From IMG/VR virus record IMGVR_UViG_3300002132_000029: 46,739 bases of DNA. One strand, 5' to 3'. Source of the DNA: a virus. Positions 24,145-32,485 of the stretch are shown piece by piece; the first letter of the stretch is position 1, and every line of letters begins with the position of its first letter. The notes beneath the pieces are model-generated. The model was not told where the DNA came from. It saw only the letters and a program-made list of their open reading frames with translations, and did no database searches. Made by a program: the position numbers and the translations under genes.

Positions 24145-25998
24145 TTAGTGAATATCTGCGTAAGTGTTGCCAAATTGCACCTCTGCGCCCAGAGGAACAT
24201 TCAGTTTTACTTTGTCGTTAAGCATCTCAGCAGCTTTGTTGATGATGTCTTTAGTCCTGTCTTCATCACCTAGCTTAACAACAGCGATAATCTCATCGTG
24301 AAACTGTCCGATAGCTTTAATGCCATTCTTTCGACAGATAGCAACCCAAGTGTCAAAGCAGAAGACACCTGTGCCTTGGTTTAGTGTACTGAAGCGGTCT
24401 TTCTCACTCCGTAAACTATACCAAAAGTTTGATACAGGGTTTTGAACCCACATACTACCAAACAATTCCCTAGTCCGTAGGTTCTTCGCTACGGCCTCTA
24501 CAGCCCAGTTACGTGACCAGAAGGCGGCTAGTAGGGTCTTTGCCTCCTTAACGCTCATACCCGTCTCACGGGCCAGCTTAGGCGCCCCTATGCCATACGT
24601 AGCTGAGTAGTTGACCACTTTGTAATTCTTACGTAGGGCTTTAAGACTACGCTCACCTGAGTTGTGTTTGTCGATGTCATCTTGGTTAATAACACCAGCG
24701 TGTTTAGCTAAGTCTAGGTGAGGATCAAAGCCTTCCCGTGACATCTCTTCCACATACTTAGGGTCTAGTGGTTTCATGTAGTGACGTTTGGTTGTATCCT
24801 CTAGTGAGGTCATGTCTGAACCACATAGGGTGTAGCCATCAGGTGCTGTTAGACAGCCACGGATGATGTCACCATATGGTTTATCAACACTAGGGAGATT
24901 GACCAAAGGTTTAGCGTGTTTAAAACGTAGTGTATTAGTCAAGCCAGCTACTTCAGCCTGTAGCCAACCATCAACATGACACTCTAAGAAGGACTTAAGT
25001 ATTCCAGCACGGTGAGTTAAGACCGTGAGTCCATCAAGATAAGATAGATTGTTATCAGGAGTAATAAGCCCCAATACTGATTTACAAAGTTCTCCATCTT
25101 TCCTTACCTGTTCTAGCTGACGTTCTTCCCCGTCTTTATCACGCAGGAATTTAAATGTACGTGGTTGCCAACCTAGACTAAACAACCAGTCTTTTACTTG
25201 GTCGTTAGAGTTAGGATTAGCTCGTTCTTCACCTGTCTTAATAACAAACTGTCGTGCTGTTACAGATTGCTTGTACTCTCTGCATAGCTGATGCCACCGT
25301 TGACCATGTACTGATAGTGAACCATCAGCTTTATACATAATCTTTGGTTGTTGTGCCATACGAGTTAGTACACGTTTAGGCATAGCATCAGCTAACTGTT
25401 CTACTTTCTCAGCCTTTAGCTCTAGGATTTCATCGTAGGCTGTTTGAGCTTTGGTTACATCCAATTTCCATCGCAGGGCCTCTTGTTCTTTAGCACAGTC
25501 AAGTTTGAACGACAGGTAGTCGATCATACGGTTCTTTTCATCTTCGTCTTGGTAGAGTTTGTTTAGCTTAAGGTCTAAGTCACGCCATAGACGGGTATTG
25601 ATCTTAACGTCTTCTTGGCAACGGTTAGCATACTCCTCTGGTGTTAGTCCTTCCCAATCTTTAATTACAGGCTTAGGTACACCATACTCTTCTCCGTAGC
25701 CCTCTAGCCCATGCTTAATACGATCATGGTGTAAGTACCAAGACAGGGCTAAGGTGTCAATCAGACGGGTATCCACTTTGATATTAAGCAGCTTTTCCAC
25801 TGCGGGTATGTCGAAGCGGATGATGTTATGTCCGATTAGTGGTTTCTTCTCAAGGCTATGTTCAAGGAAGAAGTCCCGCATTTCATCGTAGTCGTGAATT
25901 GATACAGGCTCTTTCATGTCTTTAGTTTGATACGACAAAACGTGAACCTTGGTCATCTCATCTAAAAGACCATCGGTTTCGATGTCAAATATAGTCAT
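24145..25998 (-). CDS. Family A DNA polymerase with 3'-5' exonuclease domain (T7 gp5-like)
   Basis: 617 aa. Exo I FDIETDGL. Motif A GSDMTSLED. Motif B RKNYKVVNYSATYG. Motif C QFHDEI. Confidence 0.9.
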   Translation of the reverse strand: MTIFDIETDGLLDEMTKVHVLSYQTKDMKEPVSIHDYDEMRDFFLEHSLEKKPLIGHNIIRFDIPAVEKLLNIKVDTRLIDTLALSWYLHHDRIKHGLEGYGEEYGVPKPVIKDWEGLTPEEYANRCQEDVKINTRLWRDLDLKLNKLYQDEDEKNRMIDYLSFKLDCAKEQEALRWKLDVTKAQTAYDEILELKAEKVEQLADAMPKRVLTRMAQQPKIMYKADGSLSVHGQRWHQLCREYKQSVTARQFVIKTGEERANPNSNDQVKDWLFSLGWQPRTFKFLRDKDGEERQLEQVRKDGELCKSVLGLITPDNNLSYLDGLTVLTHRAGILKSFLECHVDGWLQAEVAGLTNTLRFKHAKPLVNLPSVDKPYGDIIRGCLTAPDGYTLCGSDMTSLEDTTKRHYMKPLDPKYVEEMSREGFDPHLDLAKHAGVINQDDIDKHNSGERSLKALRKNYKVVNYSATYGIGAPKLARETGMSVKEAKTLLAAFWSRNWAVEAVAKNLRTRELFGSMWVQNPVSNFWYSLRSEKDRFSTLNQGTGVFCFDTWVAICRKNGIKAIGQFHDEIIAVVKLGDEDRTKDIINKAAEMLNDKVKLNVPLGAEVQFGNTYADIH

Positions 25999-26000
25999 TA

Positions 26001-27581
26001 TTACATTACCTCTCTTAGTGTAAATGTGTCAGTACTAAACCGCATCTTGCCAGCATTACCTTCTTCTGAACAAGGGCGATTCTTCTCTACACGAATATAA
26101 GTCGTGTTCCGTTCTTCTAAACTATCTGCCGCCTTATCACGTTGCAAGTCAATAATGACAGATGCACGTTGACCAATCATCTTACAGTATTTTGTATCAC
26201 CATTGTCGTTAGTGTGGGCAATGGTAACAATACCTACGTTTAATTCAGCAGCTAGTTTAGATAGTCGTACTGATAGGTCAGCAAGTTGTTGCTCTTTGCT
26301 TTCCTCTGACATACCAGCAACTACGTCTTGGATAGGTTCAAAGAAGACAAACTTACAATTACACGCCTGACTAAAGTATCTAATCTGGTCGCATAGCTCG
26401 TCTGATCCTTGTCCATCACCAAGGTAGAATTGGTAGAATAGTTCGTCTTTAGTGAGGTCACGTATAGCTTGCATAACATCTTCGTCACGTCCTTTCTCTT
26501 CAATCAAATCCCTACGTGTTACATTATCACATAGTTGGTACGACACCAAACCTAGTATAGATCGTAGTTTAGTTTCTTCTAAGTGCCATGCAGCAATAGG
26601 AATACCACGTTTTAGCATATTAAACTCTAGGTATCTCATCACCTCAGTCTTACCAATGCCAGTAGGAGCTTTGATAACTGTAAAGTGTCCTTGCATAAGA
26701 CCCATGATCTTGTCGTCTAGTCCACGTATGCCAGTTGGTACATATTGGTGTTCAGGTGTGTCACGATATAACGACAAGAAGTCATCAGTGCTGTTTAGTA
26801 CGTTCTCAGGTGTGTACTTATTAGCATTCCACCAAGCAGATTTAAAGTCAGCACCCTTACCAGCCTGTAAGAAGTCGTTAGCGTCCTTGTAGTGACCGTG
26901 TGGCACCCTGTAGACACGATTAGGGAATAACTTAGCCATACGATCTGCAAGGGCATTCCCAGCCTCATCGTTGTCCACTGACAGTATGATCTTCTCAAAG
27001 CCAGAGAGCCACTCTTTGCAGTTCTCCCATAGCTTCTTAGATGGTGTAGCAGACGGTAGTGATACGACAGGATTGGTATAGCTTGACTTAAGCATCTGCG
27101 ACACAGATAAAGCATCAAGTTCGCCTTCAGTAACTGTTACCATCTTTGAACTACCAGATGTAAACAGATTCATACCAAATAGTTCATCAGCTTTAAAGCC
27201 TGACTTAGCATAGAAACCTTTTTCAGGTAAAGTTCTTACCTTAATTCCCCCGCTGGGGTAGATATACTCTTGACGATCAGGAAAGGTTAGTACGCCAAAC
27301 TCTTCCATAGTCTTAGAGGTAATACCCCGCATACCCTCATATTTTCCACTACTGGGGGTATCAATACGTTTAGGCGTGTAGTCAACGACAGTACTCATGT
27401 ATTCACCCTTTTCTGGTAGTGGGTACTTTTCTTTAGCCCATTCAAACACCTCATTCTTTGTGTTACTTGGATATGCTCTTATACAAGCATGGCAACGACC
27501 AAACCCATCAGTGTTATAGCTAAAAGCGTCACTGCTTCCGCACAACACATATGGACAGGGTTGATGTGACACTTCAGCCAT
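26001..27581 (-). CDS. Bifunctional primase-helicase (T7 gp4-like)
   Basis: 526 aa. N-terminal Cys4 zinc motif (CPYVLCGS...CHAC). TOPRIM VTEGELDALS / SVDNDEAGN. DnaB-type Walker A KAPTGIGKTE. Confidence 0.9.
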   Translation of the reverse strand: MAEVSHQPCPYVLCGSSDAFSYNTDGFGRCHACIRAYPSNTKNEVFEWAKEKYPLPEKGEYMSTVVDYTPKRIDTPSSGKYEGMRGITSKTMEEFGVLTFPDRQEYIYPSGGIKVRTLPEKGFYAKSGFKADELFGMNLFTSGSSKMVTVTEGELDALSVSQMLKSSYTNPVVSLPSATPSKKLWENCKEWLSGFEKIILSVDNDEAGNALADRMAKLFPNRVYRVPHGHYKDANDFLQAGKGADFKSAWWNANKYTPENVLNSTDDFLSLYRDTPEHQYVPTGIRGLDDKIMGLMQGHFTVIKAPTGIGKTEVMRYLEFNMLKRGIPIAAWHLEETKLRSILGLVSYQLCDNVTRRDLIEEKGRDEDVMQAIRDLTKDELFYQFYLGDGQGSDELCDQIRYFSQACNCKFVFFEPIQDVVAGMSEESKEQQLADLSVRLSKLAAELNVGIVTIAHTNDNGDTKYCKMIGQRASVIIDLQRDKAADSLEERNTTYIRVEKNRPCSEEGNAGKMRFSTDTFTLREVM

Positions 27582-27685
27582 AGTAGTTCTCCTTACTTAT
27601 GTTTAAACTTACGTTATGTCTATTAGTGGTTATAACTAATAGTAGTAAATACTTTAGTCAATACGTAAGTAGTAGTCCCACTTGG

Positions 27686-27717
27686 TATTAGGGATATTTT
27701 TTGACATCTTAGACATC
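27686..27717 (-). promoter_or_regulatory. Conserved phage promoter-like motif P3 (reads GATGTCTAAGATGTCAAAAAATATCCCTAATA on the minus strand)
   Basis: Shares TGTCTAA-N6-AAAAAATATCCCTA with P1 and P2. Lies 9 nt downstream of the sigma gene stop and about 105 nt upstream of the primase-helicase start. Confidence 0.55.
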
Positions 27718-27725
27718 ACGAATTG

Positions 27726-28298
27726 TTACAGTAGTAGTGGTTTAAGTTTATCAAGCGCCCTTTTTTCATGTCGTGACACCCATTTCTGGTGCGATTTCAT
27801 GATCTTAGCCACTTCTTCTTGAGGTAAGTCTCTAAAATACCTCATTTTAATAACTTGCCATTCAGTTTTAGATAGTGTCTTTTTGGCAACACTTATCATG
27901 TACTTTCGATACTCTTTCTGTTCATAGGCATCTGCGGTATCTAAGTCAGACTCCACGTAGTCTTCGTCATAACCTACCCATTCAGACTGTAGCACAATCT
28001 TTAGCCAATTTACTCCAGCGTCTGACATCTCCCCAATTACTGTGTCGTCAGCATCACGTGTAAGCCTTCTAGTGATGTTGTGGGCTGGTACAGACACTGG
28101 CAACACATCTAGGTTAAGAAAGTCGTGCATACGTCTGTTAGCCTCTCTGTAGAGCTTGGCAGGGTGTGTACAGGCTTCCTTATCAAGTATCTCATAACAG
28201 ACTAGTATGCCCTCTTGCACAAGGTCTTGGTAGTGTTGTGGGGCATTATACTTACGAGCCAGTCTTTGGCACATACTAATGACTTCATTCGTCTCCAT
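27726..28298 (-). CDS. Sigma-70-family RNA polymerase sigma factor (regions 2 and 4 only)
   Basis: 190 aa. DLVQEGILVCYE is region 2-like. LSKTEWQVIKMRYFRDLPQEEVAKIMKSHQKWVSRHEKRALDKL is a region 4 HTH. Confidence 0.75.
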   Translation of the reverse strand: METNEVISMCQRLARKYNAPQHYQDLVQEGILVCYEILDKEACTHPAKLYREANRRMHDFLNLDVLPVSVPAHNITRRLTRDADDTVIGEMSDAGVNWLKIVLQSEWVGYDEDYVESDLDTADAYEQKEYRKYMISVAKKTLSKTEWQVIKMRYFRDLPQEEVAKIMKSHQKWVSRHEKRALDKLKPLLL

Positions 28299-28507
28299 TA
28301 GTCTTCCCCCTTTATAACTTTAGCTACTGAGTTTACTGGTAGGTGCATAAGTACAACAGTTGAAGTGTTAAACCTCTTTGCGTAGTCTTCAGCTAAACTA
28401 AAGCTCTCAAAGATGATTGGATCACTGTTGTAGGTAAATGGGTTTTCATGTGTTGCATACATCCATTCGCCGTAGTCAACTTCATACATTACAGCATACT
28501 TACGCAT
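28298..28507 (-). CDS. Hypothetical protein
   Basis: 69-aa ORF overlapping its neighbours. Confidence 0.5.
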   Translation of the reverse strand: MRKYAVMYEVDYGEWMYATHENPFTYNSDPIIFESFSLAEDYAKRFNTSTVVLMHLPVNSVAKVIKGED

Positions 28508-28715
28508 TATGACCTCCTATTACATCCCCATAACTACTGAACAACTGCTCAAACTTCCATTGGTACAACTGTTGCATACCCATCAAGGCGTTCATCAGTT
28601 CATTAGTAGTAGGCTCACGTTCCCCGTCCCCTATCTGCTGAAATACTGTTTCAAGATCATTACAGATAGACCAGCAGTCCATGATCTTTTCTTCTAAGTC
28701 ATGTAGTTTAGTCAT
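28500..28715 (-). CDS. Hypothetical protein (71 aa, start [10 protein letters not shown])
   Basis: ATG 28715 is preceded by GAGGAG at about 9 nt. The track start 28736 is TTG. Confidence 0.5.
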   Translation of the reverse strand: MTKLHDLEEKIMDCWSICNDLETVFQQIGDGEREPTTNELMNALMGMQQLYQWKFEQLFSSYGDVIGGHNA

Positions 28716-28869
28716 TGCCTTGCTCCTCTGATTCAATACCTTTCATAATAAGTTTTATGAATCCATACTCAAATATCTTATGGTATGTTTCTGCATTCAA
28801 ATCAAGTGTTAGTGTAGCTGATCCATCCTCATGATCTTCAATGGCCTCTATCTTAATATCGTTATTCAT
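28708..28869 (-). CDS. Small acidic hypothetical protein (53 aa, below the track cutoff)
   Basis: [53 protein letters not shown]. Its stop overlaps the next start and its start overlaps the upstream stop, continuing the minus-strand operon. Confidence 0.45.
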   Translation of the reverse strand: MNNDIKIEAIEDHEDGSATLTLDLNAETYHKIFEYGFIKLIMKGIESEEQGND

Positions 28870-29017
28870 CCTTTATCTCCTTGTTGTGTTTACGAAACCT
28901 TTTGTTGTAAGCACGTTTGATCTTTTTCAATTGACCGCTTTTCCATATAAGAAACCTACGTGCTTTAGTAAGTCCATCATACTCATCGCCGCCTTTCATT
29001 GGTATTCGTTTAGTCAT
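28862..29017 (-). CDS. Small basic hypothetical protein (51 aa, below the track cutoff)
   Basis: [58 protein letters not shown] (tatggagattagcatATG). It replaces the spurious plus-strand ORF 28841..29035. Confidence 0.5.
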   Translation of the reverse strand: MTKRIPMKGGDEYDGLTKARRFLIWKSGQLKKIKRAYNKRFRKHNKEIKDE

Positions 29018-29040
29018 ATGCTAATCTCCATATAAATAAC

Positions 29041-29071
29041 ATTAGGGTATTAGTAATAGCTGTTTTAGGTA
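29041..29071 (-). promoter_or_regulatory. Degenerate fourth copy of the promoter-like motif (TACCTAA-N6-...TAATACCCTAAT on the minus strand)
   Basis: Intergenic between thyX and the small basic ORF. It resembles P3, but the spacing is 2 nt longer and the A-tract is absent. Confidence 0.25.
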
Positions 29072-29090
29072 GTTTAATAATACTATAGTG

Positions 29091-29750
29091 TTAGTAGTCG
29101 TACAGATTGAATATAATAGGGAATGCTGGAGCTAAGACCTTCTTAATTTCACGGGCTAGTTGCACATGCTCCCACTGTGTGACCCCAACATCATCACGGA
29201 CATCTAGGTAGTGCATCCATGATCGTAGGGTGCCATTGACGTATAGGCGGGACATCGTGAGGCCCTCTGGCAACACCGTCCTAGCACACTCTTTAGCCAC
29301 ACCCATATCCCGTAAATCTTTGTAGGTATTTTGAGCCTCTGCTTTGGCATCACCAACTATAAAAGCAATATCATCTTTTTGCTGCTCACTTAGATCATCA
29401 ATGCTGTTCTGGCGGTTTTTGGTGTCTTGGCGACGAAACTCACGATCCGTAAACTCAATTTCATCAGAATAACGCTGGCTAAACTCTTGAAAGCTAAAAG
29501 ACCTATGGCGTAGAAGTTGGCGGGTAATATCACGAGGTGCATTTACTTCAATTACAGCATTTGCCATCTCAAAAATTGACCAGTGCTTATTGAGGATACA
29601 GTATCTTAGCAAACCACTAGCTGTACCGACGTTCTTTTGATTGCTTGGATTACTTACACGAGCTGCGTAGGCAATAAACTCCTCTGGTGTTTTAGCATCT
29701 ATGTCTATTGGCTGTGTTAGTCCTACTAACTTAGCTGATATTCGGGTCAT
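29091..29750 (-). CDS. thyX: Flavin-dependent thymidylate synthase ThyX
   Basis: 219 aa. ThyX signature RHRSFSFQEFSQRY. Confidence 0.9.
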   Translation of the reverse strand: MTRISAKLVGLTQPIDIDAKTPEEFIAYAARVSNPSNQKNVGTASGLLRYCILNKHWSIFEMANAVIEVNAPRDITRQLLRHRSFSFQEFSQRYSDEIEFTDREFRRQDTKNRQNSIDDLSEQQKDDIAFIVGDAKAEAQNTYKDLRDMGVAKECARTVLPEGLTMSRLYVNGTLRSWMHYLDVRDDVGVTQWEHVQLAREIKKVLAPAFPIIFNLYDY

Positions 29751-29878
29751 TGTACTCTCTCCATCTTAAGGTTTGGGAAGGTATCTCTTGCATGATCGTA
29801 TTTACTTTTAGTAGTGAACGACCAATTGCAGAAGTATTTTCCATCGGTGTCATAGATTTTATATGTCAGAATATACAT
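29747..29878 (-). CDS. Small hypothetical protein (43 aa from MYILTYKIYD; the track gives a longer 65-aa form to 29944)
   Basis: ATG 29878 lies 1 nt after the stop of the 52-aa ORF. ATGA coupling to thyX. Confidence 0.35.
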   Translation of the reverse strand: MYILTYKIYDTDGKYFCNWSFTTKSKYDHARDTFPNLKMERVQ

Positions 29879-29879
29879 T

Positions 29880-30038
29880 TTAGTATGGTACTCCACCGTT
29901 TTCGTCACGGGGGTCATTAAAGTACCCCTTAGCCAATGTGGCATAACGTGGGTCTAGTATTTCCTCTAGGGTGCTTAAGCCTTCATTACTAATAACACCA
30001 ATTTCATTTAAGTAAGATTCAAGGTCATAGTTTAGCAT
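29880..30038 (-). CDS. Small hypothetical protein (52 aa, below the track cutoff)
   Basis: MLNYDLESYLNEIGVISNEGLSTLEEILDPRYATLAKGYFNDPRDENGGVPY. TAATG overlap with the HNH gene stop. Confidence 0.4.
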   Translation of the reverse strand: MLNYDLESYLNEIGVISNEGLSTLEEILDPRYATLAKGYFNDPRDENGGVPY

Positions 30039-30592
30039 TATTCTGTTTCCTTTTTATTCATAAGGTCTTTATAGTGTGTTATATTGAATGGTGCAAGTCC
30101 CATTTTTACTAAGGCTACGTCATAAGCTCTAGCTGCCTTTATTTCACAGGTAAAACGACCTAGAGTTTTATCGGAAAAACATCTATTTAAACTTATTTGA
30201 GCCTTCCACTTACTTGTGGCACTACACCAACTTACCCCCATAAACTTACTTGTTCCCTTCTTCGCTCTAGAGAATTGGATATTTTCTCTGGCAGAGCATT
30301 CACGTAGGTTACTGTAATGATTATTAACTTTATTTCCATCTATATGATCTAATTGACTTTTTGGCCACTGACCATACTCAAAAAACCAAATTACGTGATG
30401 CATTCTTAAATTTTTTCGTTTATAATTTACACGGACTTGTAGTAGAACATAGCCGTTTAAGTTATAAAAGCCTAAAGACACCTTATTTAGTTTAATGTTT
30501 CGTATTTGACCACTTTCTCTGTCGTAAGTGTATCTTGTTAGTAGTGCGTCCAAAAACTTTTGGTCGGGTCTGATTGGATTATGATATGACAT
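30038..30592 (-). CDS. Free-standing HNH homing endonuclease with AP2 DNA-binding domain
   Basis: HHVIWFFEYGQWPKSQLDHIDGNKVNNHYSNLRECSARENIQ is the HNH core. FMGVSW...KWKAQISLN...LGRFTCEIKAARAYD is AP2-like. ATG 30592 lies just after the SleB-like stop; the track start 30631 overlaps that gene. Confidence 0.8.
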   Translation of the reverse strand: MSYHNPIRPDQKFLDALLTRYTYDRESGQIRNIKLNKVSLGFYNLNGYVLLQVRVNYKRKNLRMHHVIWFFEYGQWPKSQLDHIDGNKVNNHYSNLRECSARENIQFSRAKKGTSKFMGVSWCSATSKWKAQISLNRCFSDKTLGRFTCEIKAARAYDVALVKMGLAPFNITHYKDLMNKKETE

Positions 30593-30593
30593 T

Positions 30594-30980
30594 TTATTTG
30601 TGTTCCCATTGATAAAAGATATGATCGCCATACATACCTAACTTGGTTAATTTTCTTGACCAGTATGGCTTGACGTTAATAGTGTGATAGTGAGTGGCTT
30701 CAGTACATATTTCACAGCCATACAATATAACACTATAGGCTATAATCTGTGCTTTAAGCCAAGCATCTGTGTTCTTAGGTGTATCAGGCTTTCCATCGTG
30801 TGTCCAGCTAAATTGTTTACCTTGCCATACAACATCACAGACATTATCTGGGTATCTGTCGTCATTAACACGGTTCATTGTGACTTCAGCAATCAGGTAC
30901 TGTCCGTCAGTGGGTTGGTTCCTAGCCTCGAAATATACATTCAAAGCTAGGCACGTTGCTGCTGCTATTGTGACGACCAT
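30594..30980 (-). CDS. SleB/CwlJ-family cell wall hydrolase
   Basis: 128 aa. CLALNVYFEARNQP...IAEVTMNRVNDDRYPDNVCDVVWQGKQFSW is the conserved hydrolase_2 core. Confidence 0.75.
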   Translation of the reverse strand: MVVTIAAATCLALNVYFEARNQPTDGQYLIAEVTMNRVNDDRYPDNVCDVVWQGKQFSWTHDGKPDTPKNTDAWLKAQIIAYSVILYGCEICTEATHYHTINVKPYWSRKLTKLGMYGDHIFYQWEHK

Positions 30981-31288
30981 CAGTCCAGTTCAGCCCCCAT
31001 AGCATAGATATGACGACCCCCTGCCTTGATAGCTAACACACGGTCTAGCTTGAAGCTCTTGTACTGTGGTGTCTCACCTTCTTTACCAACGAACATAGGG
31101 ATAAGGTTATGGGCTGCTAGTACCTCTGCTGCCTTACGACCACTCTCACCACCTACAAGGTATTTCTTGACGTTCAGACGACCATTGTAGACACGGATTT
31201 CATTGTCTTTGGTCAGGAACTTTACAGTCATAAACTGGTTTTGGTTCTCAGCAAGTACCATACTTACCATGCGTGTATCTAGTGCCAT
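30980..31288 (-). CDS. Hypothetical protein (possibly DUF2693-like beta-barrel)
   Basis: 102 aa. The pattern VKFLTKDNEIRVYNGRLN ... FKLDRVLAIKAGG is recalled from small phage proteins. The assignment is weak. Confidence 0.45.
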   Translation of the reverse strand: MALDTRMVSMVLAENQNQFMTVKFLTKDNEIRVYNGRLNVKKYLVGGESGRKAAEVLAAHNLIPMFVGKEGETPQYKSFKLDRVLAIKAGGRHIYAMGAELD

Positions 31289-31311
31289 TGTGTAGTCTCC
31301 TGTGTGTTGTG

Positions 31312-31533
31312 CTATAAATATTTCTTGTTGATTCGGTTATCTTCGACTTCTTCTAAAGAGTATACGACAAAACGATCTATGGCAAGGGCTAATCTTAGGT
31401 CGTCTAAAGATTTATTTAGCTCCTCTGCTCTTATGATAGCTGCTTGACGACCATACCTACGACCTGTTTCCATCGGCTCTATGTGTCCATTGTCGTACAT
31501 GATAGCGATAACAAACTGCTCTACACCAACCAT
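31312..31533 (-). CDS. Hypothetical early protein
   Basis: 73-aa ORF. Uses CGT/GGT codons like the rest of the genome. Confidence 0.5.
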   Translation of the reverse strand: MVGVEQFVIAIMYDNGHIEPMETGRRYGRQAAIIRAEELNKSLDDLRLALAIDRFVVYSLEEVEDNRINKKYL

Positions 31534-31727
31534 TAGACCCTCTCCTTACAGTTTTCTTCCATCTCGACAACATCAATTAAGTGACGTAAGTCTCGTAGCA
31601 TCTGGATCACCGTGATCTGGTGATAGCTGTTTTCATTACTATTATCCCAGTAACCAAGTAAAGCATGGTCTGCTAGTCTATTTGCACTGGAACGTACTTC
31701 CATCATCTGTTCTCTATTAAGTTTCAT
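31533..31727 (-). CDS. Hypothetical early protein
   Basis: 64-aa ORF with coupled stop/start. Confidence 0.5.
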   Translation of the reverse strand: MKLNREQMMEVRSSANRLADHALLGYWDNSNENSYHQITVIQMLRDLRHLIDVVEMEENCKERV

Positions 31728-31730
31728 AAC

Positions 31731-32012
31731 TTATCCTCTCTCTTGGGTTGCTTTGCTAATGGAATCATACTCTACCATCTCAAGTAGGATGTCAAGCTCA
31801 TTCTGCAAGTCTTTTAGACGATCTTTCAGACTGTCGAACTCATACTCAGCGTCAGTCATAGCTTCACACAGGCTGTCGATCTTCTGCGCCTTAGTGTCGC
31901 ATAGGTTCAAACGGTTCATGGCCGTCTGAGCTTCCTTCTTAGCCTCTGATGCAGCAACTAAGGTTACTTTAACATCGTAGGCGATAGCTTTGATTTCTTT
32001 AGCGATTTCCAT
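31731..32012 (-). CDS. Hypothetical early protein, coiled-coil-like
   Basis: 93 aa, with heptad-like charged sequence. Confidence 0.5.
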   Translation of the reverse strand: MEIAKEIKAIAYDVKVTLVAASEAKKEAQTAMNRLNLCDTKAQKIDSLCEAMTDAEYEFDSLKDRLKDLQNELDILLEMVEYDSISKATQERG

Positions 32013-32025
32013 AGTGATTCTCCTG

Positions 32026-32238
32026 TTATGCGATTTGTTTGTAAGCTCTGTTTAGCATTAAAGACGCTAAAGAGCAATCATAAAATAGTTTCATAGCTTC
32101 ATTAGGCTCAGGCCCAAACTCTGTGTCTATAGTATCAGCATACTTATCCAAGTACTCCATGACAGCATCTAGTGTATCCTGTACAGTGTCTATCGACCTA
32201 GACGACAAAGAAAAGTCAGTGTTAAAGTTATTTTCCAT
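32026..32238 (-). CDS. Hypothetical acidic early protein (starts MEN)
   Basis: 70 aa. GGAGAG RBS. Its start context CCACGATGGAAAATA matches the upstream motif array. Confidence 0.5.
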   Translation of the reverse strand: MENNFNTDFSLSSRSIDTVQDTLDAVMEYLDKYADTIDTEFGPEPNEAMKLFYDCSLASLMLNRAYKQIA

Positions 32239-32485
32239 CGTGGCTCTCCTGTTTAAGTTTCTCTTCTACTACTTCATAAACGATCTCACATATGATGTCA
32301 ACAGACTTATCAAGATAATCTGCTTCACCTCTTAGGTCTAGCTTATAGTAGGCTGCTAGGCCATTCATAAGGTCACTGTGTCCATCTAGGTTATGCCCTA
32401 GCTCTGCCATCTTAACGGCGTAGGAGTGACCAATATCACGTAGTGCTGCTATTGCTACTTTTACTTTAATGCTGTCATTTTCCAT
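32228..32485 (-). CDS. Hypothetical early protein (85 aa from MENDSIKV)
   Basis: ATG 32485 is preceded by AGGAGA at about 9 nt. The longer track form (32527) lacks an RBS and begins inside the motif array. Confidence 0.5.
   Translation of the reverse strand: MENDSIKVKVAIAALRDIGHSYAVKMAELGHNLDGHSDLMNGLAAYYKLDLRGEADYLDKSVDIICEIVYEVVEEKLKQESHDGK

Noticed and set aside
28841-29035. 64-aa plus-strand ORF inside the leftward operon
   Set aside because: The opposite strand encodes two well-coupled small ORFs (28708..28869 and 28862..29017), one with a GGAG RBS, which continue the minus-strand operon. The plus-strand ORF is hydrophobic nonsense without an RBS.
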